In this document: positions 14,501-26,794 of the stretch, one piece after another
Layout: every line of letters starts with the position of its first letter
Position numbering within the stretch: position 1 is the first letter of the stretch
Notes under the pieces: generated by a model
Told to the model about the DNA's origin: nothing
The model's database searches: none
Seen by the model: the letters and a program-made list of their open reading frames with translations, nothing else
Source: Octopus vulgaris
Lineage: Eukaryota
Direction: 5' to 3'
Assembly: GCA_951406725.2 (NCBI GenBank)
Contig: OX597817.1
Location: 48,484,001-48,548,000 of the forward strand
Length of the DNA stretch: 64,000 nt
Made by a program: the position numbers and the translations under genes

Positions 14501-14599
14501 CGTGTGCGTGAGTGTGTGTGTGTGTGTGTGCATGAGTGCGTGCGTGCGTGCGTGCGTGTATGTGTGTGTGTGTGTGTTGCTCGCCAAATATAACGGTAT

Positions 14600-14820
14600 A
14601 TATTTCTTTACTACCCACAAGGGGCTAAACACAGAGGGGACAAACAAGGACAGACAAAGGGATTAAGTCGACTACATCGACCCCAGTGCGTAACTGGTAC
14701 TTAATTTATCGACCCCGAAAGGATGAAAGGCAAAGTCGACCTCGGCGGAATTTGAACTCGGAACGTAACGACAGACGAATTTCGCCCGGCGTGCTAACGT
14801 TTCTACCAGCTCGCCGCCTT
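14600..14820 (-). mobile_element. SINE family A
   Basis: Family match; taacggtata duplicated on both flanks. Confidence 0.85.
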
Positions 14821-15454
14821 CAAATGTAACGGTATAATGTAACTGGTGGAATAAGGCAGTTTGAGATGTGGCATAGTGGAGATGTTGCATGTTAAAAGAA
14901 GAAGCTGCGTGTTGCATAGGAAAAAAAATTACAAGTTCAGAATTTACTTTTACTGACTCGTTATGCTGTTTACCACAACTACGATAAGTCGGAAGGAAAT
15001 ACAAATGTCAGTCATTTTGATTGACTATCACTGGCCATGGAGATTATAGTTTGCTATCTTTTTGCGCGAAAGGATGAAGGTATTGAGGCAGGGTTCGTGC
15101 GCAAGAAAACTGTTCGTCTGAGGATGGTGAAAAATAGATTACGGTGAAATTGCTTAAAGGCAACAGAAGTAAGACTGTCTAAATGTGAGCCCTTTTTTTA
15201 AACTTTTAACTCGAATTTATAGCTGCCATATTCCTGAAGTAAATCACAATGGAAGTGAATGGGTTTATCAAGACTCAACCCTGGCTGACCTAAAACAATC
15301 GCAAATCTGACAGGCTGAGTTACAAATTTCTAAACGCAAATTCCAAGAACAATGAAAACAAAGGTGAAGATCGAGGTTTCGATTCTTGGCTACGAATCCA
15401 GCATGTAACTGATATGTATGTGTGTGAGTGTGTGTGTGTGTGTGTTGTGTTGTG

Positions 15455-15495
<41 letters not shown>

Positions 15496-15544
15496 TGGAT
15501 TAAGGCTGCCATTGGCTTCATGTTAAGAAAAATGGGAAAATATC

Positions 15545-15776
15545 TTAATATCTTGACAATTTTTCAAGCCGATGACCTCGTGTGTACCGTTGGCGATTTT
15601 TTTTCCTCCGTCTTCCCTTCTCTGGATCTTTCCTTTTCCTATGTTTCCGACGAAGAGCTCCGCTCGAAACGTTAAACCCTCCTTCTTCCCTTCTTTCCTG
15701 AGCGTCCAATAATACTATATTTGTTCTACGTCCTCGCGTTGTTGTGTTTTCTCTTTGTGTTTTCTTGTTTGGATTA

Positions 15777-15780
<4 letters not shown>
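15545..15780 (+). mobile_element. Short PLE pLTR-like repeat with ultra-minimal hammerhead-like core (copy at 5100-5295 on -)
   Basis: gttt CCGACGA a gagc-tcc-gctc GAAACGTT aaac at 15643-15677; ends in (AT)n. Confidence 0.55.
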
Positions 15781-15841
<61 letters not shown>

Positions 15842-16124
15842 TAAATTAGAGATAAAACCGCTATTAGGCAACTCAAACAGTTTATTTTTAAATTTTATGT
15901 TTTATATATATATTATATATTATATTAATTATATTTATATTTTTTGTTATTTATGTATTGGTTTATGTCTATCACTGTTTGAGTTGCCTAATAGTGGTTT
16001 TATCTCTAATTTAATTTATATTTATACTGTGAAATTTGATTTAATCCTAAATCTAATTTTTCTCTGTAAGTTTGGAGCCATACTCCATATTATTATTATT
16101 ATGATTATTATTATTATTATGATG

Positions 16125-16193
<69 letters not shown>

Positions 16194-18155
16194 TCGCCCG
16201 CACGGTCGCATATATGTATGTGTATTTAATTACTATAAAATATATTTATCAGTATTAAATATAATCTATAATGACTAAATTATTATTGTTGTTATTATTA
16301 TCATCTTTAATTTCAATAAAATAGAAGATAATCCCTGTGTTGAATACAATGAAAATAAACTGGGACGAACTTGACCGTGAGCTAAATTGTTTCACGGCAA
16401 AGCATTTACGCCCCAATAATAACGTTTGCTGGACAAGCCGAGACTTGACGATTACAGGTTTATTCGCAAAAAGTATGCTCAGAGCACAGATAACCGTATG
16501 AGAACATAATTCTACACCTTGTAAGCCTAATAACAAAGATGACGTATCATGAAATTAACCAGATTCACAATGAGGCTGATCGTCTGCACCAAAGTGTCAT
16601 TCAGTTAGGCAACAGTCACGATAAATGTGTTTTACGAAATGGGGGAGCAAAGAATAGAAACAATTGAAATGTAATTCTTAAGGAATTATTTCAAGGAAAG
16701 ATCAAGATCTTTCCTTCTGCTTTACGGAACATATTTGACTGGTAATGATTGTTGATACTGGTTAATGATATCGAGAGAGTATATTCCCAATAATTTATTC
16801 AATGTCCTTTCAACTTTGCTAATAAACGTATATATAAGTAAATATGTATCTATGTATGTATATACAATTATTTTTATACATATATGAATAGGTGCATATA
16901 TAAATACACACACTTATATGCACGCACACACATACACAGACACACGCGCACATATATGACCTTTTAACAGCTGCTAAGAAGTAAACAACGGAAAAGGTAT
17001 AATGACGCCATAAAAGATTTGAAAAACAGCGAAAAGACTATTAATCGACGAATGGCTTTCAGTTGTGTGGTGGCTGGGGGGAAGCTAAATATATGTGCAA
17101 CGGTTGTATATAAATGGTAAGAAATTTGGGTGAGGCTGCATGACAAAAAGCTGAGAAAGGCTAAGTGTTGCATGGTTAAGCATTTCCGGAAGCATTGAAA
17201 GAAATTGTCGCCAGAGATAGTTGATAGTTATAGATTTTTTATTCAACTGTTATGAAATTTTTCAAAACTACGACGAGTTGGAAATAAATACTAGTCAATC
17301 TTGACAGAGAATCTCTTGTACTCGTAGAGACCTGCTACTAAGTTTTGTGGAAGGAGAAAACAAGAGAAAGAGAAAAGGAAGCAGGGACAGAGGTAGAAAG
17401 AGAGGGATAGAAAGAAAGTCAATGCTCTGAAAGTTACTGAGAAAAGATAACTGTTTTCTACAGGTAATTCGAATTTGTTACCTATATTCTACAGGTAATT
17501 CGAATTTTCTACAGGTAATTCTCATTTAGGTCAATAAGAATAGAATTGGATGAGTTATCTAAACTAAACTCAGTCTTAGCGCATTTGAATAGTTACACTA
17601 ATAAATTCTGAGTGCGGATTCCAAGAACAATCAACACAAGCACGAAAACCGAGGTTTCGATTCCTAATTGCAAATTTAGTATGCATCTGTTACAAGTATT
17701 TGGAGATAGGCAAGAGGGAAAATATAAATTGATCTTCCCAAAATTAGAATTGACAATTACAGGTTTATTCTCAAAAGTATGCTCAGTGTATACCATTTCT
17801 CTTTTCAAAGAAAATATTTCTCTCAGCGTTCACTATCTTTTCCCTCATTCAGGTCTAACGACCCTTCATGCTTTGTTTCCGTTCGGTTTCCCTGCATATC
17901 ACTACTGTCCTGTTTTCGTTTCTAACTTTGACTCTCCACAAATTCAACATTTTATTTTGTTATTTATGGGAGTAATTGTCTTCGAAGACATTGTTGTTGA
18001 TTGCTCGAAATGGGAAGTAGATAGATAGCCGACAACTGATGAAGAGTCATTCTTTGTATTCCTTGTCCAATTTTTCCTTTCGTTATTTGCATATTTAACT
18101 CATTTATTTTCGTATATCATGTTTACTGTTGGTGAGGTCCTGTACCCATATATGC

Positions 18156-18213
<58 letters not shown>

Positions 18214-18845
18214 CGGCATGGTTGCAGTCAGATGACTGAAACAAGTAAAAGAATAAAAGTAAAAGTAAAGGAATATATATATATAAGAGAGAGAGAGAGA
18301 GAGGAGGAGAGAGAGAGAAGGAGAGAGAAAGAGAGAAAAATTAATTGTAACAGAATATTTTGTTTTTGAGACACAGATTTAGAAAATCAAATCCGTTTTT
18401 CTCGAGGACGCATCCTTTCGGAGTATGTATGTATGTATGTATGTATGTATGTATGTATGTATGCATATATATATTTATATAATTAAGATTCGATTGAATT
18501 ATGCACTTAGAGGCACCAAGCCAGTTCCGTATTATATACCCCGCTGGTAATTTTGGTTATATCTTTTAAGTATTATTTCGTGATGTGTAAACTGATACCA
18601 TGAGTTTACTGTCAGATATACACATTAGGTTATTTTTGTATTATCTTAAATAGAATACCCGCATATCGATTAATCCCCCAAAATTGAATTAATATTGACT
18701 TTTATCAGATACTTTGTATATTTATAGATATATATATAAATATGCGATAAATAAGACCCCAAAGTACGATATGTAGATGCATAAAACGCTGAAGGGTTGT
18801 ACCTGATTGATTTGGAAATTTGTTTTCTCAAATTATATATATATA

Positions 18846-18899
<54 letters not shown>

Positions 18900-18900
<1 letters not shown>

Positions 18901-20520
18901 TAGCAGAGATACCCGGCGTTGCCCGGTTACATTCACTAGAAGAATTAGACTTTTCTGTTATATATATATATGGATACACACACACACACAGACACACACA
19001 TACACACACACACGCACACACAAATATATGTATATTAATATAAATACATGAAAGTACATGAAGTTTGTTAAAAAAAGGGGGATCATGTATATACCTCCTG
19101 GCTGTTGAGATTATAACACCTCGTTGTAAACAATGTTCCTTGTTTTTCCTTGTGGAGCATATACAAAAAGGTTTCTTTTGGTTCCTACTCTTGAGCAGCC
19201 AACATACAGTTGCCTATGCCAGAAGCAGGGCTCTTCCAAGAGAAGACCAGCTACAGAGAGGGTTTGACCCTGAGTTTTGTTAATGGACATGGCAATGCTG
19301 AGACGAAGGGGGAATTGCAGTCTTCTGAATGTAAATGGAATTTCTGCTCCTCGTGGAGTAAGAGGAAATCTTGGAATAAAGATGTCATCACCTTTTCCAC
19401 ATCCAGAAAGAATGATCGCCTCGATAACGTGTAATATCATTTTCTTTGTCACCAGTCGTGTTCCATTGCAAAGTCTTGGTGGTTCCAGATTGCGGAGTAG
19501 CATTACAGGAGTTCCAACTTTAAGTGGTAATATGTGTGGAGGTAGTTGAGGAGGGCTCCAGTGAATTGAGAAATTCAGGAGGATAGTTCACAACTTCATT
19601 TGTATCTGGAATTGTATCAACAGACTTGTAAGTGTGTATAGTGCCGAGAAAAGAATGCATTAGCTGTTGATTAATTTTTTAACAGCGATGTTTTTTGGAG
19701 CTAATATTGCTCTTTCACACAGACAATTGTGATTTTGGTAGTTTTGTGTGAAGGTGGGAAAGACTTTGTTTTTGAGTCATCTACAGAATTAACAACAGAG
19801 GAAAATGACCACACTTCCATTTGTCCTGCAGCATCGAGAGGCATCTTGCCTTCACCAAGTGTCAAAATGTTCTGTGCAAACTTTGTGGACATTTTGTCGC
19901 CGTGTAGCTGAGCTCTCATGTTAGTGGTGAGACTAAAGATGATGCCACAGTGTAGAGGACTTTAGGCATGCTTGAACTTCATCAGCTCTAGTGCCTTTCG
20001 GAATGACAGGAAGAGTTTGCCTGAAATAACCTGACAACAGAAGCGTTACACCTCCCATTGGAGCCTGACAGTCTCGGATGTCTTTCAGGGCTCTATCTAA
20101 TGCTTCCAAAGCTCCCTTGTGAGCCATAGTGCACTCATCCCAGACAATTACATGACACATTTTAAGTACTTGTCCCTGATCTGAGCTTTTATTGATGTTG
20201 CATGAAGGCATTTCGGATGCTGCTAAATTGAGAGGGAGTTTAAAAGTTGAGTGTGCTGTCCTGCCTCCGGGTAACAAAGTAGCAGCAATGCCAGAGGAGG
20301 CTACAGCTACTGCAATGTCCTGATGCTACCTAACTTCTGCAAGGAGAAGCTTTGTAATAAATGTTTTTCCTGTCCCTCCAGGAGCATCGAGGAAGAAGAT
20401 TCGTCCCTCGCGTTGGCGTACACTGTTAAGAATAGTTCTGTAGGCCTGCAGCTGGTCCGGAAGTAATTTAGGCTCATTTTCAACAATGTACTTTGAAAGC
20501 GCTTGTGTGTCGTAGGTTGT
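18900..20520 (-). mobile_element. 5'-truncated Helitron with intact 3' terminus
   Basis: Minus strand ends ccgggcaacgccgggtatctctgCTAG|t (subterminal GC-rich hairpin plus CTAG) downstream of the helicase. Confidence 0.85.
19111..20520 (-). pseudogene. Helitron Rep/Hel PIF1-like SF1 helicase domain, disrupted
   Basis: FLDAPGGTGKTF (Walker A), ASSGIAATLLPGGRTAHSTFKLP, IVWDECTM, GYFRQTLPV, MLLRNL..LCNGTRL, QFPLRLSIAMSINKTQGQTL, QLYVGCSRV; in-frame stops and frameshifts. Confidence 0.95.
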
Positions 20521-21825
20521 ATATATGTACAAAATCCACCGAGAAGGCTTTTGTTGGTCTGAAGCTACAGCAGAAGACACATGCCAAGTCACCACACAGT
20601 GGGACTGAACCCAGGACCATGTGTTTGGAACGTAGTTTGTTACCACACAGCCACACCTGCCCCTATGTATGTGTGTGTGTGTGTGCGTGTGTGCGTATGT
20701 GTATATGGGTAGATATATTATGCATGTATATATGTATATATATATATGTGTACATGTTACATGTACATCTATATATATACATCTACACATAAAATACAAA
20801 ATACAAAGTTATATCTTGATATCGCTAGTGATAACAATACTCAAAATATATAACATACTGGAATTGTAGGCCCGTCTCTTGCAATTTCGATCAATTGGAT
20901 CTTGTCCTCCCTCTTGTATAGAAGTGTACGGCTGCAGCGAAATTCATTTTTGGACTTTCTTCTATCGAAAGCATTTTAACAAAAATGCTTCCGTAAAGAC
21001 GGTGAAAATATTGTCAATTTTCCCAAACAGGGACACAATTCAATTTTTAAACAATAACGAAAGCCCCTACTCCGAAAGGGGAAGGGTTACGGTTTACAAT
21101 TATTTAACAAATGCAACACAACAACGTTTCCCTGACGAGGAACCAACAAACGTGATTACAATAGTCAAACAGTAATAATAATAACAACAAACCTTTTTAA
21201 TTTATCCCCATTTATGTGAAACCACTTATTCAAGTTCAAGTCATTGATGCAATTTTATACGAATTGCTAATACACACACACACACACACACATAATAAGG
21301 GTGAAAAATTGAATATTAATTTGATTAATATGAATTGAAAACCAGTGGTGTAGCATATAAGACCATAGCGGATCTTCCTCTCGCAAAAACGATGACCACT
21401 ATTAATGGCTCATCCCTGTTATATAATACTTTCACTTTAATAGTTTCACACTTGCAAAGAGAAAGTAGGAGAAAGTGTGGTGGTAATAGCAGGAGTAAAC
21501 CACTTGAAATGAGAGAGGCAAATCGTAAAATATTGAGTTTTCTCGAATTTTTGCTTAATTGGGAGTCAAATTGAAAAAGCTTTACATGCCATGACCCAAT
21601 CGAATCTACTTGGAAAAATCATAGGTAAATTCCAATTGAAGAAATTCTATATTGTAGAATTGTATTAAAAAGAAACATGGGAACAGGCAGAGAAAATCTG
21701 CCTTTTATCATAAGAGATATACCGGAGTAAACACATAAATGTGAAACAAGGTGGAAAAAAGAGTACTCAAATACCAGTGGTAGAGTAATATGCTTTATTT
21801 AAAGCAGCAGAAAATTCAACAAAAC

Positions 21826-21863
21826 CTGTTACTCTGAGTTTCACGTTGCCGTTCGTCGGAAAG
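21826..21863 (-). ncRNA. Minimal hammerhead-like motif in a PLE pLTR-like relic (21720-21900)
   Basis: Minus strand reads cttt CCGACGA acg-gcaa-cgt GAAA ctc-a-gag TA acag. GNRA loop II, near-palindromic stem III, one mismatch in stem I. Confidence 0.6.
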
Positions 21864-22711
21864 TTTTTGCTAGAATAGAACCGATATGTCAATTCTATCC
21901 AGACTAGTATAAACGCTACACCTTTAAAAATGGACTTGTTTGATTGGTCCTTTACAAATAACGGTCAATTTTCGAGCGATAAACAAAAATGAGCTCAATA
22001 TATATATATATATATATAACATTATAAAATTCGAGGAAAATAACCTCACATCGAATATTTGGTTAAAATACATATTGTCATTAATAAAGGAAATATAATT
22101 AATTCATGGAAATTGAAAACAAAATGTTAAAATGCATTAAAATATTACACAATAGTTCATATTCATATTAAACTATACATATATACATAAACATACACAG
22201 AGAGATGTGCGCAGACCACATACATATACAGACGTATAAATACAAAGCTAAAATATACACACAAATGCAGGTACACATATGTATACGCAATCTAGCTCGC
22301 ATGCAAAATCATTGTATCCATATAGACTATAAGCTAAATTCATGGATGGGAAAGGGGCGTTCTTATTTACAATATAAAGCTGAAGACATGAGAAAGGGAG
22401 GGGGACGTAAAGTTACAGGGCTCTATACAAGTAACGAATAGGAAGAGAAAAAACGAAAGAAAGGAAGAGAGAGAAAAAAGAAAAAAGGGAGAAGGGAAAA
22501 AGAAGGAAAGGAAAGAAGAAATATTTGTATACAAATTGTGTAAGCACAACTGACACATATATATAGAGAGACAAGTACGCAAACACACAAGTTAAAGTGG
22601 ATACATACATACACATACAATCGTGTATGTATGTGCTTAAGTACAAACATACGCTCACTTACACATATACAAAGACGTGTGCTTACAAATACATATTCAT
22701 GGCAATACACA

Positions 22712-23268
22712 TCTATATATATAAAACTGTAGTTGTGTGAGTGTCTGTCTCCTTCGATTTAGATTCCTAACTACTCCCACATTTTGCGGTGCAGTTTAAC
22801 CAAATTCGGGTATCTTATAGTCGTGATTCATATCGAGCCTGTCTGGGTATTAGCGCGCGTCTACGATGAGTCTACGATTTTAAAAATAATTTAACATAAT
22901 TTTTTATTCCATTTTAATGCATAATTTTTCGTGTGTCGATGGCGGCGGAGTTGGCGTCCACGCTCACACCTGTGTTGCTTCTCCCCCTTCTTCCCTCCCT
23001 CGTGAAGCTGTGGGGAAGGGAGTGTAAGGAAATCAACGTCGTAAAGCGTTGTCAAGGAGACCAGCGTTCTTTTAGAACAACGACTTCATGGCTTGAAGAC
23101 ACCAAAACAGAAAATGTCTACGATGAGTCAACGATTTAAAAAAAAATTACCATAATTATTTTTCCATTTTTAATGCATTTTTTTGCTATTTTTTGGCTAT
23201 AACTCTCTAAAAATGCTTATATAGTTATTTCCCTTACAAACCCGAGCAACGCCGGGCGATACTGCTAG
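22712..23268 (+). mobile_element. Complete non-autonomous Helitron
   Basis: a|TCtatatatataaa 5' end; 3' cccgagcaacgccgggcgatactgCTAG|t; A|T insertion site; internal ~60-bp duplication (22859 and 23116). Confidence 0.85.
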
Positions 23269-23642
23269 TATTTACATAAAAATGCCTAGGATCTGACAAC
23301 ATTGCTTTTTTAAAAAATGGTGAGTGTGTAATAATAAAAATTAGACGAAAGACATGTAAAATATAACACCCTATTTCGGATCATCAATAAGTTAAATACC
23401 GAAGTAAGCCTATACAATATAATAAAATGAAATAAACTAAGTCGAAGGTTTTTCCTAAGGAATATGTAGAAATATAAATAAACAAAATATATGCACGAGA
23501 CTTTGCTATACGGAATGAAATCTGCATAGCGTGAAACAAATCCATCGGTGCGATTACAGACTAGTCCAAGAATCAAAAATCAAAAATTCAAAAATACAAA
23601 AAGACAGAGCGGCACCATACAGACACGGGGCACACAAGAAAA

Positions 23643-24190
23643 TGTTTTAGCCCGAAGGCCGCGGCCATGCTGGGGCACCACCGCTGAATGAGCTACACTA
23701 GTTTGTGAATCCACCTCTGATACGTAGCACTTGATCAACAAGGGAGTTCGATGCTGCTGCCCGCATTCGTGTCTCCTGTCGTGAGGTAGGTTCATCTGGG
23801 ACTCCCAACAAGAAGAGATCCAGTTTAGTTTTAAAGAAACCCACATCCACACCATGTAAGTCTCTCAGGCATTTAGGGAGGATGTTAAAGAGCTGTGGTC
23901 ATCTGAAACCCAAGCTGTTGCAGTATCTGGACCTGTATTTTGATGGTGATGTTGGAATCCTTGGCACCACGCAGCGGCGCCCCGTTCTGCGGTTGGAGTA
24001 ACTTTGAATGCCAAAGTTTGGGACAAGACCCTCCAGGATTTTCCAGATGTATATCACTGCATATCTCTCCCGCCTCCGCTCCAGGGAGAAGAGGTTTAAT
24101 ACCTTCAGTCTTTCCCAGTAGCTGACATTTTGCATTGAGACGATTTTCTTTGTGTAGCTTCTCTGAATTGCTTCGAGTTCTGCTGTTTGT
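23643..24190 (-). mobile_element. CR1/L2-clade LINE 3' end (ORF2 C-terminus plus 3' tail)
   Basis: SYWERLKVLNLFSLERRRERYAVIYIWKILEGLVPN...FKTKLDLFLLGVPDEP; tail ggtgccccagcatggccgcggccttcgggctaaaaca. Confidence 0.85.
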
Positions 24191-24204
24191 TATAAATATA
24201 TATA

Positions 24205-24573
24205 TATATATGCATACATACATGCATGCATACATACACACACATACATACATACATACATACATACATAAATACATACATACATACAAAAATAAATACA
24301 TACATACATACATACATAAATACATGCATACATACATACAAAAATACATACATACATACATACAAAAATACATACATACATACAAAAATACATACATACA
24401 TACATAAATACATGCATACATACATACAAAAATACATACATACATACATACAAAAATACATACATACATACAAAAATACATACATACATACATAAATACA
24501 TGCATACATACATACAAAAATACATACATACATATATAGATACATACATACATAGATACACACACGTACATAC

Positions 24574-24604
<31 letters not shown>

Positions 24605-24640
24605 CATACATACATACATACATACATACATACATACACA
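24205..24640. repeat. Compound (TACA)n microsatellite with recurring variant blocks
   Basis: Alternating aaaaataca and taaatacatgca variants; a similar tract lies at 6910-7450. Confidence 0.9.
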
Positions 24641-24894
24641 AATGGTTACCCAATTACCTAGTTGTCTACATTCCAATGGAAGAACCCGTTTCTCTGCCTT
24701 ACAAAACAGGTTCTTTCCCTGTTACGTAAAATTTTAATTAGAAAAACAGATTACTTTCACAGATACATGCGTACGTATTTGTACATGCATACATACATAT
24801 ATACATATACGTATGTATACTTTCGGAAAATAATGTACGTATATATATATATATGCATACATACACACATTTATATATGTATATATATACATTT

Positions 24895-24964
<70 letters not shown>

Positions 24965-25097
24965 TCAATATCGGTGGCTTATATTTATTTGCTGCCGATA
25001 AATTTGGCGCGAGTGCGACGATTTGAAAATTTTAGGTCAGATATTGCCGAGGTAGCAAGAGGAATGCCTCGTGAAAAATATCTGTTCCGACTTGGCT

Positions 25098-25204
25098 ATT
25101 TCTTACTGATGAGTCTAAGGGCCTATGGTGGATTGGCTTGATTTAATTTAATCAGGTTAGTTTACCATTAAACGGTAGATGAAACGGTGCATCGTCTAAG
25201 AAAT
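25098..25204 (+). ncRNA. Type I hammerhead ribozyme, 491-bp unit 1
   Basis: Stem I atttctta/taagaaat; CTGATGA at 25106-25112; stem II gtcta/tagat with a long hairpin insert; GAAA; stem III ACGG-TGCA-TCGT; GUC cleavage triplet at 25194-25196. Confidence 0.9.
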
Positions 25205-25588
25205 TACAGGGTAAAAGTTTTTCAATTTTCTCCTGGTTTACGGAATTAATGTTATTTTGCGGTTAAAGCTTTTGGCTGTTATTTCTAGTGGGTGAATGGC
25301 CTATTATGGCCGTTCCTTGATTGTGATGTTGAACGTAAAAATGGTTTATGACTATTTAATTTTTTCCTACTAGGCCGCTGGTGGCAAAAGAATTCTACAA
25401 AATTTTTTTTGCCACCATATATTGATTAATTATGAATTTTCTGGTTAGTTCCGTAATGGAATCGGTGGCTTATATTTATTTGCTGCCGATAAATTTGGCG
25501 CGAGTGCGACGATTTGAAAATTTTAGGTCAGATATTGCCGAGGTAGCAAGAGGAATGCCTCGTGAAAAATATCTGTTCCGACTTGGCT

Positions 25589-25695
25589 ATTTCTTACTGA
25601 TGAGTCTAAGGGCCTATGGTGGATTGGCTTGATTTAATTTAATCAGGTTAGTTTACCATTAAACGGTAGATGAAACGGTGCATCGTCTAAGAAAT
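25589..25695 (+). ncRNA. Type I hammerhead ribozyme, 491-bp unit 2
   Basis: Same motif as 25098-25204. Confidence 0.9.
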
Positions 25696-26079
25696 TACAG
25701 GGTAAAAGTTTTTCAATTTTCTCCTGGTTTACGGAATTAATGTTATTTTGCGGTTAAAGCTTTTGGCTGTTATTTCTAGTGGGTGAATGGCCTATTATGG
25801 CCGTTCCTTGATTGTGATGTTGAACGTAAAAATGGTTTATGACTATTTAATTTTTTCCTACTAGGCCGCTGGTGGCAAAAGAATTCTACAAAATTTTTTT
25901 TGCCACCCTATATTGATTAATTATGAATTTTCTGGTTAGTTCCGTAATGGAATCGGTGGCTTATATTTATTTGCTGCCGATAAATTTGGCGCGAGTGCGA
26001 CGATTTGAAAATTTTAGGTCAGATATTGCCGAGGTAGCAAGAGGAATGCCTCGTGAAAAATATCTGTTCCGACTTGGCT

Positions 26080-26186
26080 ATTTCTTACTGATGAGTCTAA
26101 GGGCCTATGGTGGATTGGCTTGATTTAATTTAATCAGGTTAGTTTACCATTAAACGGTAGATGAAACGGTGCATCGTCTAAGAAAT
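26080..26186 (+). ncRNA. Type I hammerhead ribozyme, 491-bp unit 3
   Basis: Same motif as 25098-25204. Confidence 0.9.
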
Positions 26187-26569
26187 TACAGGGTAAAAGT
26201 TTTTCAATTTTCTCCTGGTTTACGGAATTAATGTTATTTTGCGGTTAAAGCTTTTGGCTGTTATTTCTAGTGGGTGAATGGCCTATTATGGCCGTTCCTT
26301 GATTGTGATGTTGAACGTAAAAATGGTTTATGACTATTTAATTTTTTCCTACTAGGCCGCTGGTGGCAAAAGAATTCTACAAAATTTTTTTGCCACCCTA
26401 TATTGATTAATTATGAATTTTCTGGTTAGTTCCGTAATGGAATCGGTGGCTTATATTTATTTGCTGCCGATAAATTTGGCGCGAGTGCGACGATTTGAAA
26501 ATTTTAGGTCAGATATTGCCGAGGTAGCAAGAGGAATGCCTCGTGAAAAATATCTGTTCCGACTTGGCT

Positions 26570-26676
26570 ATTTCTTACTGATGAGTCTAAGGGCCTATGG
26601 TGGATTGGCTTGATTTAATTTAATCAGGTTAGTTTACCATTAAACGGTAGATGAAACGGTGCATCGTCTAAGAAAT
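26570..26676 (+). ncRNA. Type I hammerhead ribozyme, 491-bp unit 4
   Basis: Same motif as 25098-25204. Confidence 0.9.
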
Positions 26677-26794
26677 TACAGGGTAAAAGTTTTTCAATTT
26701 TCTCCTGGTTTACGGAATTAATGTTATTTTGCGGTTAAAGCTTTTGGCTGTTATTTCTAGTGGGTGAATGGCCTATTATGGCCGTTCCTTGATT

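Noticed and set aside
17454-17522. Three copies of ttctacaggtaattc (acceptor/donor-like)
   Set aside because: Most simply a short slippage duplication; no flanking exons are evident.
18020-18060. CTGATGA at ~18036 as a hammerhead
   Set aside because: No downstream GAAA or stem III/I can be formed; probably part of a decayed pLTR-like repeat.
19111-20520. Host PIF1 gene
   Set aside because: Intronless, disrupted by stops and frameshifts, and followed by a Helitron hairpin-CTAG terminus.
25432-26613. Thrice-repeated 66-aa ORF (MNFLVSSV...)
   Set aside because: Its identity simply follows from the DNA repeat. It has no recognisable domain and overlaps the ribozyme core.
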